A stretch of 64,000 bases of DNA from Planctomycetota bacterium (GTDB taxonomy: Bacteria > Planctomycetota > UBA8108 > SXIK01). The stretch is from assembly GCA_965223845.1 (NCBI GenBank), contig CBDCXR010000004.1, positions 2,400,001 through 2,464,000 on the forward strand, read 5' to 3'. The notes under the pieces are model-generated. The model was given only the letters and a program-made list of their open reading frames with translations, was not told the origin of the DNA and did not search any database. Shown one piece after another: positions 41,706-51,556 of this stretch; position 1 is the stretch's first letter, and the number at the start of each line of letters is the position of its first letter. The translations under genes and the position numbers were made by a program.

Positions 41706-43406
41706 TCACCCCGAGAGCGACGCGCAGGAGATCCCGTCCGGAGTCGGGTCCGGCCCCTCCTCCGGGAACGGCGCCGGCAGCGCGGCCGGGCCGTCCTCGG
41801 CGAAGAGGTGGACGAGAGTGAAGAGTGGATCGCTGATGTTGAGCCGTCCGTCGTCGTTGGCGTCCGCCGCGTCGAAGCACGGGGGCCGAACGCCGTCCGC
41901 CGCAAAGAGGTAGTTGAGTGTCCACTGAGCGTCGGCGAGATTGACCGCGTCGTCGCGATTGGAATCGCCGCGGACGAATGTCGTGATGTCGACGATCGCC
42001 TGAACGAGCAGCGTGCAGTCGACGAGGACGAAGTTCTCGTGGAGGTCCGGCGAGACGGCTACCCCCTGCGTGGTGGCGATGTTCTCGACGGGTTGACCGC
42101 TCACCTGGCCGCCGTTCATGAAGCGGATCTCGGTGGGGCCATCGATGGCCTCTTCGTCGATGTCGAAGTGGAAGTGGAGAACTTCGACGTCCTCGTCTGC
42201 CGGGAGGGACACATCTCGCGTGAAGGAGAACACGCACGCGGCGATGATGAACCCTTCGTCCACGCCCGCATTGCCCTCCGTCTCGTTGTCGTTGTTCCAT
42301 TCGTACTTGGCGAACGACATATCGTAGTCGCCCGGTATCCGCCAAGCCTCGGTTACGTCGACAGCTTGGAGCACCTCCTCGTCGAAGTCCGCCGACATCG
42401 CGTAGCCGTTGATGCTGCCGTTGCTGTGGACGACGAACGGAACGACGACCGGGGATCCCGGAGCCGCGGCGGCGTCAGCGAGGGTGAACTGAATCGAGGT
42501 GGCGCGATTCTCGGGTCCGATCGGCGGACCGCCGGGGACGTGGTTCGGCGGCGGCGACGGCGGATCCGGATCCGGGTCGGGATCGACGGCAGGGAACGGG
42601 CACTCCGCCCCCGCGTTCACGTCGTCACCGACGGAGAGATCGCCGCTCCCCGAAGTGCGAATCGCGCGTCCGGACTGGTGATCGACGAGCTCCGCGTCGA
42701 CCGTCAGGGGATAGGAGCCGGCCGCAGTCCCCTCGGGAAGGCAGACATAGATCTCGAACAGCGCCGCGGCGGTATCCGTAGCGGGCACGGAGTGCTTACC
42801 GACGAGCGAGAAGAGGAGACTCGCTTGGACGCTGTCCCCGGATACCGTCACCGAACGGAATCCGTCTTGGAACGATCCGGTGACTTGAACGCCGAGCGGA
42901 CGCGAGTTCTGAAGCGCGAACGGAAACTTCACGTGGGCATCGAATCCCGCGATCGCAGTTGCGTGCGCGAAGCCGAGAACGATCTTCGCGGAGGCGTCGT
43001 CGCCGCCGACGGAGCTCGCCGAGAGGATCTCGACCGCGGCAACGGGGTCGTCGATCGGACTTCCGTCGCCGGCGCTCGCGCAGTCGAGCTCGTCCTCCGT
43101 CGGATCCTCTCCGGCTTCCGGATACGGCGCCGGGAGCGGAGGGCCTCCCCGCGAGACGCGATTGAGGATGTAGACTCCGTCGGCGATGTTCATGAGGCCG
43201 TCGTCGTTCGCGTCGAACGCGTCCTCACACTCGGGCGGCGAAATGCCGTTGAACAGGTAATTCATGATCGCGTGGGCGTCCGCGACGCTCAACGTGCCGT
43301 CGTCGTTCCCGTCGCCGCGAACGAATTCCGCCGCCGGTGCCGAGCTCGTGGCGGCGCAGAGGAGCAACCCCACCACCGACCCCAATCCAATCGAGCGAAT
43401 CGTCAT
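41706..43406 (-). CDS. Secreted dockerin-cohesin-cohesin-dockerin-like protein
   Basis: Signal peptide from ATG 43406; FVRGDGNDDG..DANDDG; two beta-sandwiches separated by a Pro/Asp linker; FVRGDSNRDD..DANDDG. Confidence 0.78.
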   Translation of the reverse strand: MTIRSIGLGSVVGLLLCAATSSAPAAEFVRGDGNDDGTLSVADAHAIMNYLFNGISPPECEDAFDANDDGLMNIADGVYILNRVSRGGPPLPAPYPEAGEDPTEDELDCASAGDGSPIDDPVAAVEILSASSVGGDDASAKIVLGFAHATAIAGFDAHVKFPFALQNSRPLGVQVTGSFQDGFRSVTVSGDSVQASLLFSLVGKHSVPATDTAAALFEIYVCLPEGTAAGSYPLTVDAELVDHQSGRAIRTSGSGDLSVGDDVNAGAECPFPAVDPDPDPDPPSPPPNHVPGGPPIGPENRATSIQFTLADAAAAPGSPVVVPFVVHSNGSINGYAMSADFDEEVLQAVDVTEAWRIPGDYDMSFAKYEWNNDNETEGNAGVDEGFIIAACVFSFTRDVSLPADEDVEVLHFHFDIDEEAIDGPTEIRFMNGGQVSGQPVENIATTQGVAVSPDLHENFVLVDCTLLVQAIVDITTFVRGDSNRDDAVNLADAQWTLNYLFAADGVRPPCFDAADANDDGRLNISDPLFTLVHLFAEDGPAALPAPFPEEGPDPTPDGISCASLSG

Positions 43407-43748
43407 CGATTCCCCTCCGAGTGAGACCTGACCAAACGATGCGGGCGGCCGTTCGCCGCCCGATCGCGCGTTCCCGTCCGCCGGCGCCAACGCGGGCGGA
43501 CCCCCCAGCAGCGCCGTCCAGGGCGCGGTTCTGTAGAGACTGACCCGGCGATTACGCAAGGCGCGGGCCATCGCCGCTGAGGCGCGACGCTGGTTCTTCG
43601 GCAAGTCGTTTCAACCAATCAGGTTAAGCCAGATTCACACCAAGCGCTACGCGCGGCACTGTAAAGCACCGTTTGCAGTCGAACGGAGGGAGTACCGCTC
43701 GCCACGGCAATCCGATCGCCGGCTCGCGTTCCCGCGCCCGATCGCGCT

Positions 43749-44426
43749 ATGGTGTTGCCGATGCGCCCGAACGAATTCCGACCCGCGTTCACGCGTTCCG
43801 ACGGAACTCTCCTCGTCGCCACCGGGGCACTGACGGTCTGGTCGGCGATCGTCCCCAAAGACTACGCGACCTGGTTCTTCGAGCTCCTCCTCGGCGCGAT
43901 CGGCGTCGCAGTCCTCGTCGTCGCCTCGCGCCGGGTTCGATTTTCGGGGCTCGTCTATGCCGTCGTCGCGCTTCACTACGCGATCCTCGCGGTCGGGGCC
44001 AAGTACACGTACGCCGAAGAGCCGGTGTTCAGCTGGATCCGAGACGTCCTCGAGCTCGAGCGGAACCACTTCGATCGCGTCGGGCACTTCGCGCAAGGCG
44101 TCACGCCTGCGCTCCTCACGCGCGAGGCGCTCCTGCGGTGGACTTCGATCGGACGGAGTCGCTGGGTTCCGATTCTGTCCGTCTCGGTCGCGCTCGCCTT
44201 CAGCGCGCTCTACGAGATCCTCGAGTGGGCCTGGGTCGTGCTCTTCTACCCCGACAAAGGCCCCGAGTGGCTGGGACACCAAGGCGATCCGTTCGACGCC
44301 CAGGCCGACATGTTGATGGCGCTCGCCGGAGGGATGGTCGTCGTCTCGATTCTTCGCCGACTCCACGACGCCTCGATCGTGCGACGCGAAGCCAGCGAAC
44401 GAATCGAACCCCCCGCGGAACATTGA
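43749..44426 (+). CDS. DUF2238 (YjdF-like) membrane protein
   Basis: VGAKYTYA, RNHFDRVGHF, YEILEW and QGDPFDAQADM. Confidence 0.88.
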   Translation: MVLPMRPNEFRPAFTRSDGTLLVATGALTVWSAIVPKDYATWFFELLLGAIGVAVLVVASRRVRFSGLVYAVVALHYAILAVGAKYTYAEEPVFSWIRDVLELERNHFDRVGHFAQGVTPALLTREALLRWTSIGRSRWVPILSVSVALAFSALYEILEWAWVVLFYPDKGPEWLGHQGDPFDAQADMLMALAGGMVVVSILRRLHDASIVRREASERIEPPAEH

Positions 44427-44541
44427 TCCGATCCTCGGGAGAGCCGACGACGAAGAACGCATTCGCGCGCCAAGGAGCGCGCCCACGGGGATCGAGTCGC
44501 TCCGATGCTGCGTGCTGCCGCGGTTCTGCGCAGCGCTCGGG

Positions 44542-45630
44542 CTAACGCTGAACGCGTGCGGACCCGCCCGTCGCGAACGCCTCGACTTCGGGCAGCTTCG
44601 CAAGCGAGACGTCGCCCGGGAACGTCGTGAGCAGCGCTCCGTGGGCCCAGCCGAGTCGGAGAGCCTCTTCGGGCGACCTTCCGCTGAGGAGCCCGTAGAT
44701 GAGCCCCGAGGCGAACCCATCGCCACCGCCGATCCGGTCGATCACATCGAGCTGGCACGTCGGGCTCACGTAGCGTTCGCCGTCGAGCCAGAGCACCGCC
44801 GCCCAGTCGTGGCGATTGGTCGAATGAACTTCGCGGAGCGTCGTCGCGACGAGCTTCACGTTCGGAAACTTCTCTCGCGCCCGCTCGATCATGTCGAAGA
44901 ACGTGCCCGGATCGAGCTTCGCCGAGGCTTTCGCTTCGACCTCGGGGCCAGCGATGCCAAGGCCCTTCTGCAGGTCCTCTTCATTTCCGATGAGCGCGTC
45001 GACGTTCTCGACGATGCGCGCGATCATCTTCTGGCCGTGCTCGAGCCCGCCGATGGTGTTCCACAGCTTCGCGCGGTAGTTGAGATCGAACGAGTTGATC
45101 GCTCCGGCCGCTTTCGCCGCCTTCATTCCCTCGATGATCACCTCCGACGTCGTCTTCGAGAGTGCGGCGAAGATTCCGCCGGAGTGAAACCAGCGGATGC
45201 CGCCGCCAAAGATCGTCTTCCAGTCGAAGTCGCCCGGCTTGAGGAGCGCGCCGGCTTCGTTCGAGCGATTGTAAAAGACGACCGGCGCCCGGACGCCCTG
45301 CCCGCGATCGCTGTAGACCGTTGCGATGTTCGGTCCGCGAACGCCGTCGTGCTCGAAGTGCTTGTAGAACGGCCGAACTCCCATTTCGCGAACGCGGGCC
45401 TCGACGAGCTCGCCGATGCCGTTGTCGACCATCGCCGTGGCGATCCCGGTGTTCAGTCCGAAACAGGATGCGAGGTTCGCCGCGACGTTGTACTCGCCGC
45501 CCGAGACGTGGATGTCGAACGAGCGCGCTCGACGAAACGGGATGATCCCGGGATCGAGGCGGTGAACGAGGGCCCCCACCGAAGCGAAGTCGAGGTCACA
45601 GGGGTCTTGGCGAATTTTGAGCTCCGACAT
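44542..45630 (-). CDS. PfkB sugar kinase, 2-keto-3-deoxygluconate kinase-like
   Basis: GGEYNVA, SFDLNYRAKLW and DRIGGGDGF. Confidence 0.88.
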   Translation of the reverse strand: MSELKIRQDPCDLDFASVGALVHRLDPGIIPFRRARSFDIHVSGGEYNVAANLASCFGLNTGIATAMVDNGIGELVEARVREMGVRPFYKHFEHDGVRGPNIATVYSDRGQGVRAPVVFYNRSNEAGALLKPGDFDWKTIFGGGIRWFHSGGIFAALSKTTSEVIIEGMKAAKAAGAINSFDLNYRAKLWNTIGGLEHGQKMIARIVENVDALIGNEEDLQKGLGIAGPEVEAKASAKLDPGTFFDMIERAREKFPNVKLVATTLREVHSTNRHDWAAVLWLDGERYVSPTCQLDVIDRIGGGDGFASGLIYGLLSGRSPEEALRLGWAHGALLTTFPGDVSLAKLPEVEAFATGGSARVQR

Positions 45631-45736
45631 CAAACGAACTCCAGCAATGAGTCTCAGCGAGGGACGAGTGGAATCTGTAATCGCTCATCGCAAAGTGCGA
45701 TTGCGCGCGAGGCGGTGAGCTTCGGAAGGGCCGCGA

Positions 45737-46549
45737 TCAGATCGTGACGGAGGAGAATCCGCCGTCGACGACGATGTTCTGTCCCGTCACGAACGACGAC
45801 GCGCTCGGAGACGCCAGCCAGACGATCGCGCCGGCGAGCTCGTCCGACTTTCCGAACCGCGCCATCGGCGTGTGACCGATGATCTGCGCGCCGCGTTCGG
45901 TATAACTGCCGTCCTCGTTGTAGAGCAAGGCCCGGTTCTGATCGGCCGGAAAGAAGCCCGGGCTGATCGCGTTCACCCGGACGCCTCGCTCCGCCCACTC
46001 CCGAGCGAGGAACTTTGTGAGATTGAGCACGGCGGCCTTCGCGGCCGAGTAGCCGACGACGCGGGAGAGCGGGATCATGCCCGACATCGACGCGATGTTG
46101 ATCACGCTCCCGCGCTTCGCAGCGAGCATGTCCTCGCCGAAGACCTGCGCGGGAAGGAGTGCGCCGCCGACGAGATTGAGGTCGACGACGTCGCGCCAGT
46201 CGTCGAGCGAGAGCGCGCAGAAGTCACTGCCGGGCGGCAGGGTCGCGCCGGGGCGGTTTCCCCCCGCGGCGTTCACGAGAACGCTGACCGGACCGAAGGC
46301 TTCGCGGATTGCTCCTCGCGCGGCTTCGAGCGAAGCGCGGTCGAGTGCGTCGGCCGGATGGAACATCGCTCGACCACCGGCGGCCTCTATCGCGCGCACT
46401 CGCGCGGAGCCGCGCTCCTCGCTTCGGCCGAGGACGCACACCTTCGCTCCGAAAGCGCCGAGGGCGTCGGCCATCGCGCCGCCGAGAACTCCGGTTCCAC
46501 CCACCACCACCGCGGTCTCGCCTTCGAGACTGAACAGTGTCTCTCTCAT
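45737..46549 (-). CDS. SDR oxidoreductase (D-mannonate oxidoreductase-like)
   Basis: GGTGVLG, NAAGGN, YSAAK and HTPMARFG. Start at ATG 46549. Confidence 0.88.
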   Translation of the reverse strand: MRETLFSLEGETAVVVGGTGVLGGAMADALGAFGAKVCVLGRSEERGSARVRAIEAAGGRAMFHPADALDRASLEAARGAIREAFGPVSVLVNAAGGNRPGATLPPGSDFCALSLDDWRDVVDLNLVGGALLPAQVFGEDMLAAKRGSVINIASMSGMIPLSRVVGYSAAKAAVLNLTKFLAREWAERGVRVNAISPGFFPADQNRALLYNEDGSYTERGAQIIGHTPMARFGKSDELAGAIVWLASPSASSFVTGQNIVVDGGFSSVTI

Positions 46550-46861
46550 GCCTCGCCCGGGTGAGCCTCGCGTTCCAGCAAGATACGGAACTCTGGCCGA
46601 GGTCTCGTTCCCACTCCCGATGCCCCGTTCCCACTCCCGATGTTTCGTCTCCGTGCGCGAAACAGGCGGACCGGGGACCGGGGCCGTCGACCACGGCCAA
46701 ACCAAGCGAGCCATTCTCCGCTTTTGGCCGGGAGATGAAACCCCGTCGCGACAAAAGCCCGGCGGCGACACACTGGATCGCTCGGCGGCTTCTGACGCGA
46801 CGGGGGAGTGAGCGAGTTCCAACTCGATTCCGCGAGCCGGCGGGCCGAATCGAAAGTCGAT

Positions 46862-47043
46862 CTAGCCCGCATTTCTCACCAGATTCGGTGAGCGAAGCGG
46901 CGAGACGGCGTAAGACGGGAAGGTGGGGACGCACCGACCGGAGGTGTGCTCCTAGCACAGTGAGGATCGAGGTGTTGACACATCCGATGCGCAGTTCTCG
47001 TCTTACGGCGCGGCAGTAGAACCTGGTGAGAAATGCGGGCTAG
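46862..47043. mobile_element. MITE-like palindromic element, copy 2
   Basis: Perfect 21-bp terminal inverted repeats CTAGCCCGCATTTCTCACCAG / CTGGTGAGAAATGCGGGCTAG; no ORF. Confidence 0.82.
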
Positions 47044-50000
47044 CGCCCGTCCCAGACGACGTCCGACGTCTGACCGGCGGACACCTCGACGTCCTCTTCG
47101 AGGATGGTCTCGGGCTCCCCCACCTCCTCGAGCGACATGAGCCCCGCGTTGGGCCCGAGCGCCATCCGTTTCCCCGGCCGCATCACCTGACGATTCACTC
47201 GAACGCGGTAGGTCCCCGGCTCGAGACTCTCGAACTCGAACCGATCGCTATTGACGAACGAGATCATTCGCGTGTTCGGATCCGGCTGACCATCGCGGAG
47301 CCGCACGGCCTCAACCCGGAAGTTCAGCGTGTCTTTCTTCTCGAGCTTCACGCTCGCGCGCGAGAGATTCGTGTTGACGCGTCCCTCGATGCGGCCCACC
47401 TCGCGCATGCGAAGCTCGATGTGAGCGGAGCGGTCGACGACGATCGGCGCGGGCTTTTCAACCAGCGCCCAGAGCGCGTCCCTCGCCCTCACTTTGTGCT
47501 CACCCGGCGTGAGTCCTTCGAGCCGAAACTCGCCGGTTTCGCTGCTCGTCGCGGTCGCGGAGTGGTAGAACTCGAACGACCCCGGCTCGGGCGCGTCTGT
47601 GGTGAGTGCCGCCCGAACGTGGACACCGGGGATCGGTTTCCCCGCTTCGGTGACAACTCTTCCGGTGATCGTCGCGCCCGGATCGAGCGCGAGGTCCAGC
47701 TCCTTGGCCTCGCCGGCGTCGAGCGTGAGCTCCCGTCGGTAAGGACGGAATCCGTCCGCGAGGACCTGGATTTCGTAGCGCCGCGCCGTGAGACCGTCGT
47801 AGCTGTACCGTCCGGCGGAATCGGCGAACCGGAGTGAGCCGACCGAGCCCGCACGGTAGTTGGTCATGCCCGACTCGCGTTGGATGCGCTTTCGCCTTTC
47901 GACGTCGACGAGCGTGATGCCGAACTCTCGGACGGGCTCGCCCGTACGCAGGTTCGTCGCGCGTCCCCAGAGAACGGCGAAACGCTCGAGCACGATGTCG
48001 TCCAAGGGCTCGCCCGCGGTCACGGCGTCGATGCTCCTAGCTTCGTAGCCGCGCCGCCGAGCGACGATGAGATACTCACCGTCTCCGAGGTCGCGGAGCT
48101 CGAACCGACCGTCCTCCCCCGTATGCGTCCACGACTCCCCCTTCGCCGTGAGCAGAGACATGCGGTGCCCGAACTCGTCGTCCGAATACCGACGTCCAGA
48201 CGCCGAATCGACGGAGGAAGCCCGGGCCGCTACCTGCACTCCCGCGAGCGCGCGCCCTTCTTGGTCGACGACTCGCCCTTCGAGCGTTTTCCCGGCCTCG
48301 AGCACGAAGTCTCGGTTGGGCTCGACGGCGACCTCGATGGTTTCGGAGATGCGAGCGAAGCCCGGCGCGGATACCGTGATCGGCACGACCGCCCGCGGGA
48401 GCCGACGGAACCGGTAGCGCCCCGCCGCGCCCGAAAACGTCGCGCGAACGCTCGCGCGCTCGAGACCCGCGCGCTCCGCCTCGCCGTATTCGCCGTCGAG
48501 CGCAATCCGCGCTCCGGCGATGGGCTCACCTTCGGCGTCGAGCACTTTCCCGGAGAGCTCGAGTCCACGATCGAGCTCGACGACGAGAGGCGAGCCTTCA
48601 CTCTGGTGGTCGGTCCAGCGAATCGGACCGGTTCGAACGGGCGCGAACGACTCGTGCGTCACGACCACGTGGACTTCGCCGAATGAACGCCCCTCTCGTG
48701 AAGCAACCGAGTGTCGGCTGAGCCCCTCCTCGTCCGTCGACAAGCGCCGCGAGAGGATCACTTCGTCGTACCAGTCGCCGATGCCCTCGACTTCGAGCCT
48801 CACGCGAGCGCGCGGCACGGGCTCGCCATCGGTCGTCCTCGCGAGCACGAAGAGGGTCGACGGACGAGGAAAGCGAAACTCGACCTCGGAGCGCTTCCCG
48901 CCGTCCGGAGCCAGCGTCACGAGCTCCGAGTTGTGTCCGATCTCCGGATGCTCGGCGTAGATTCGCAGTCGACCACCGAGGACGCGTTCGATGGGAATGC
49001 CGGCGAGCTCGAACAAGCCGTTCTCATCCGTCGTCGTCTCTCGCGGGACGTCCTGTCGAACCTTGATCACCGCACCCGCGATGGGCTCTCCGTCGGGTTC
49101 GAACACCACGCGACCAGCAACCGAGACTCCTTCGCGGAGACGCACGTCGACCGCCGATGAACCGGCGGCGACCCCTGGGAGCGTCGCATCCACGTAACGT
49201 TCGTGACGGATCTCGAGTGTCCACTCACCCTCGCTCACCGGCTCGAGAATGAACGTACCGTCGTCTCCAGTGCGCGTCTCGACCAGCGGATCCGCAGTGT
49301 CCCTCGATCTGAATCCACCGTTCACCTCGAGTCGGTTCCAGTCGATCGCCACCTCGGCGTCCGCGATCGGCGCGCCGTCGGCATCCACGACTCGGCCTGA
49401 GATCTCCAGAGGAACGGCGAGGACGATGTCGCCGAGTTCGGTGATCTCGCCGACTTCGACCTCGCGCGTGAAGAAAGGGAACGCGTCGGCACGGACAACG
49501 AGGTCGAACGCGCCCGTGCCCGCTCCGGTGAGCTCGAACGCGCCGGTCGCGTCGGTGCGCGTCTCGCCGCCCGCTTGATCGTTCGCGTCCGCGACGACGA
49601 TCTCGCTCGCGAAAAGGCGATGGACCTCACCGCGCGCGAGTCGAGCGAGTCGCACTGCCGCGTTCTCCACGGCTTCGCCCCGGGCGTCGACGACGCGGCC
49701 GCGGACGACTCCCGCGGGTTCCATTTCGATCCGTACGTCGTCGGTCCCGCTCTTCACGTCGCGGGTAAACGCCGAACGATAGCCGCGGAGCTCCGCTTCG
49801 AGGTCGTAGACGACGGGTTCGAGGGAATCGAAGTGAAACTTTCCGTTCTCGTCCGACTGGAGTTCGCGCGGCTCGAAGAGGATCCTCCCTCGGCGCCACT
49901 GGGAAACGAGCTCCCGAACGCGCTCGACGGAGTCCGTGTGCCACCCCCGAGCCGCGTAGGCGGTCAAACGTACGCCGGGAATGGGAGTACCGGTTCGATC

Positions 50001-51326
50001 CACCACACGACCGGCGATCTCCGCGGCCGGGGCGAGCTCGACGGTTGCCTCGGCGACGGCCGGCGGACGGATATCGACGAAGACGTCCGACCGGGGCAGG
50101 AAGCCCCCCTTCGATACGACGAGGCGATAGTCTCCGGCGGCCACGTCGGCGAACGCGAAGCTTCCGTCGACGTCCGATTCGACGCGGGGTGCGTCCGACA
50201 CGATCTGGACGAACTCTTCGCGCAGCTCGCGCGACCACGCGCCGAGTTCGCGCATCGTCTCGTTCGCCAACTCGGAATCGGGTCGCGCGAGATCGCTCTC
50301 AGCGATGAGACGAACGACGGCCTCCGGAATCCCGCGGCCGAGTCCGTCCGTCACTCTGCCCGTGAGATTCGGCGGCGGAACCAGGGTCGCGACCTCCGCG
50401 GCCGAGTCCGCCGCGGGCTCAACGGGCGTCGTCCTCGCGGCGCCACGCCCGAGATTCGAGACCTCGCCGGTCTCCTCGTCGTCGATTCGCTCGAGCGAAG
50501 TCGTCTCCGGTCCAGCTTCGTCGTCGATCCCGATAGCCCACCAACCGCCGAGGAGTATGGCGATCGAAGCCACCGCCGCGGCGACAACCTTCTTGCTACT
50601 CACGATGGATCCTCCGGTGATGATCGGTGTCCAAGCACTCGAGGTCACTCCCGCTCCCGCACCGGCACCTGCGGCCGTGAGGCCTTCGAGTGCGGTGCCG
50701 AGTGCGGTGATGCGGTCGAGTCCACTGACGACGGCCTCGGGAAGCGGCGGAATGACTCCGCCGTGGAGCCCACCCGCCGCTCCGAGGAGCGTCGCCGAGC
50801 CGATTCCGAGGCGCCGTTCGAGGAACGCGCGCGCCTTCCCGAGCCGGAAGCGGACCGCACGCTCGGTGATTCCGAGCGCGCTGGCCACTTCGCCGGGGGA
50901 GAGATCTGCGAGGTAGCGAAGCTCGATGGCCGCCCTTTGATCGCGCGGCAACTCGTCGAGCGCTCGGTCGAGGGCTTCGACGTCGTCCGCCGACTCGCCC
51001 GAACCTCGCAGTCTCTCGTGTAAACGCCGAACGTGCTCCTCCTCGCGGCGCCGACGACGTTCGCGCGAACGCCGCAAGCGCCCGACTCGGCCGAACACGC
51101 ACCACACCAAGTACCCACGAACCGACTCGACGTTCTCACCCCGCGGCGGTGAGACGAGGAGCTTCACGAAGACGTCCTGGCAGACGTCGGCGGCGTCCTC
51201 CGAGCTCGACGTCATCCGGTAGGCGACGCGCCAAACGAACTCGCGGTACTCGGCGACGACGCGCGCGAGGTTACGGCGGTTCGGCCGGCGGAGATACCGG
51301 GTGAAGGAGTCGGGCTTCGGGGACAT
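47040..51326 (-). CDS. ECF sigma-70 factor fused through a TM helix to tandem carboxypeptidase-regulatory-like domains
   Basis: Region 2 DAADVCQDVF, region 4 LPRDQRAAIELRY..EVASALG, a TM segment and repeated G.V.D..G.PI.GA units. Confidence 0.88.
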   Translation of the reverse strand: MSPKPDSFTRYLRRPNRRNLARVVAEYREFVWRVAYRMTSSSEDAADVCQDVFVKLLVSPPRGENVESVRGYLVWCVFGRVGRLRRSRERRRRREEEHVRRLHERLRGSGESADDVEALDRALDELPRDQRAAIELRYLADLSPGEVASALGITERAVRFRLGKARAFLERRLGIGSATLLGAAGGLHGGVIPPLPEAVVSGLDRITALGTALEGLTAAGAGAGAGVTSSAWTPIITGGSIVSSKKVVAAAVASIAILLGGWWAIGIDDEAGPETTSLERIDDEETGEVSNLGRGAARTTPVEPAADSAAEVATLVPPPNLTGRVTDGLGRGIPEAVVRLIAESDLARPDSELANETMRELGAWSRELREEFVQIVSDAPRVESDVDGSFAFADVAAGDYRLVVSKGGFLPRSDVFVDIRPPAVAEATVELAPAAEIAGRVVDRTGTPIPGVRLTAYAARGWHTDSVERVRELVSQWRRGRILFEPRELQSDENGKFHFDSLEPVVYDLEAELRGYRSAFTRDVKSGTDDVRIEMEPAGVVRGRVVDARGEAVENAAVRLARLARGEVHRLFASEIVVADANDQAGGETRTDATGAFELTGAGTGAFDLVVRADAFPFFTREVEVGEITELGDIVLAVPLEISGRVVDADGAPIADAEVAIDWNRLEVNGGFRSRDTADPLVETRTGDDGTFILEPVSEGEWTLEIRHERYVDATLPGVAAGSSAVDVRLREGVSVAGRVVFEPDGEPIAGAVIKVRQDVPRETTTDENGLFELAGIPIERVLGGRLRIYAEHPEIGHNSELVTLAPDGGKRSEVEFRFPRPSTLFVLARTTDGEPVPRARVRLEVEGIGDWYDEVILSRRLSTDEEGLSRHSVASREGRSFGEVHVVVTHESFAPVRTGPIRWTDHQSEGSPLVVELDRGLELSGKVLDAEGEPIAGARIALDGEYGEAERAGLERASVRATFSGAAGRYRFRRLPRAVVPITVSAPGFARISETIEVAVEPNRDFVLEAGKTLEGRVVDQEGRALAGVQVAARASSVDSASGRRYSDDEFGHRMSLLTAKGESWTHTGEDGRFELRDLGDGEYLIVARRRGYEARSIDAVTAGEPLDDIVLERFAVLWGRATNLRTGEPVREFGITLVDVERRKRIQRESGMTNYRAGSVGSLRFADSAGRYSYDGLTARRYEIQVLADGFRPYRRELTLDAGEAKELDLALDPGATITGRVVTEAGKPIPGVHVRAALTTDAPEPGSFEFYHSATATSSETGEFRLEGLTPGEHKVRARDALWALVEKPAPIVVDRSAHIELRMREVGRIEGRVNTNLSRASVKLEKKDTLNFRVEAVRLRDGQPDPNTRMISFVNSDRFEFESLEPGTYRVRVNRQVMRPGKRMALGPNAGLMSLEEVGEPETILEEDVEVSAGQTSDVVWDGR

Positions 51327-51556
51327 GCTCGGCGGGTGCGTTCGAGGATCCCAACGCGGTCGCCGACGCGATCGCGCGTGGAGCTACATGGTAGCGCGTC
51401 GACGCTCGGTCCGGTCCATCCTGGACGTCGACGCCCGGTGGGAGTACGGACCGAGATCGGTGCACGTTCATCGCTTGAGGATCCGCCGAGCAATCGGAGC
51501 GGAAACGAAAAATCGACCGGGTCGCACGACGGCAGCACCTCGAAGTCGCTCGTTCG

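Noticed and set aside
43625-43644. Weak resemblance to the MITE terminal repeat
   Set aside because: Too many mismatches and no partner arm.
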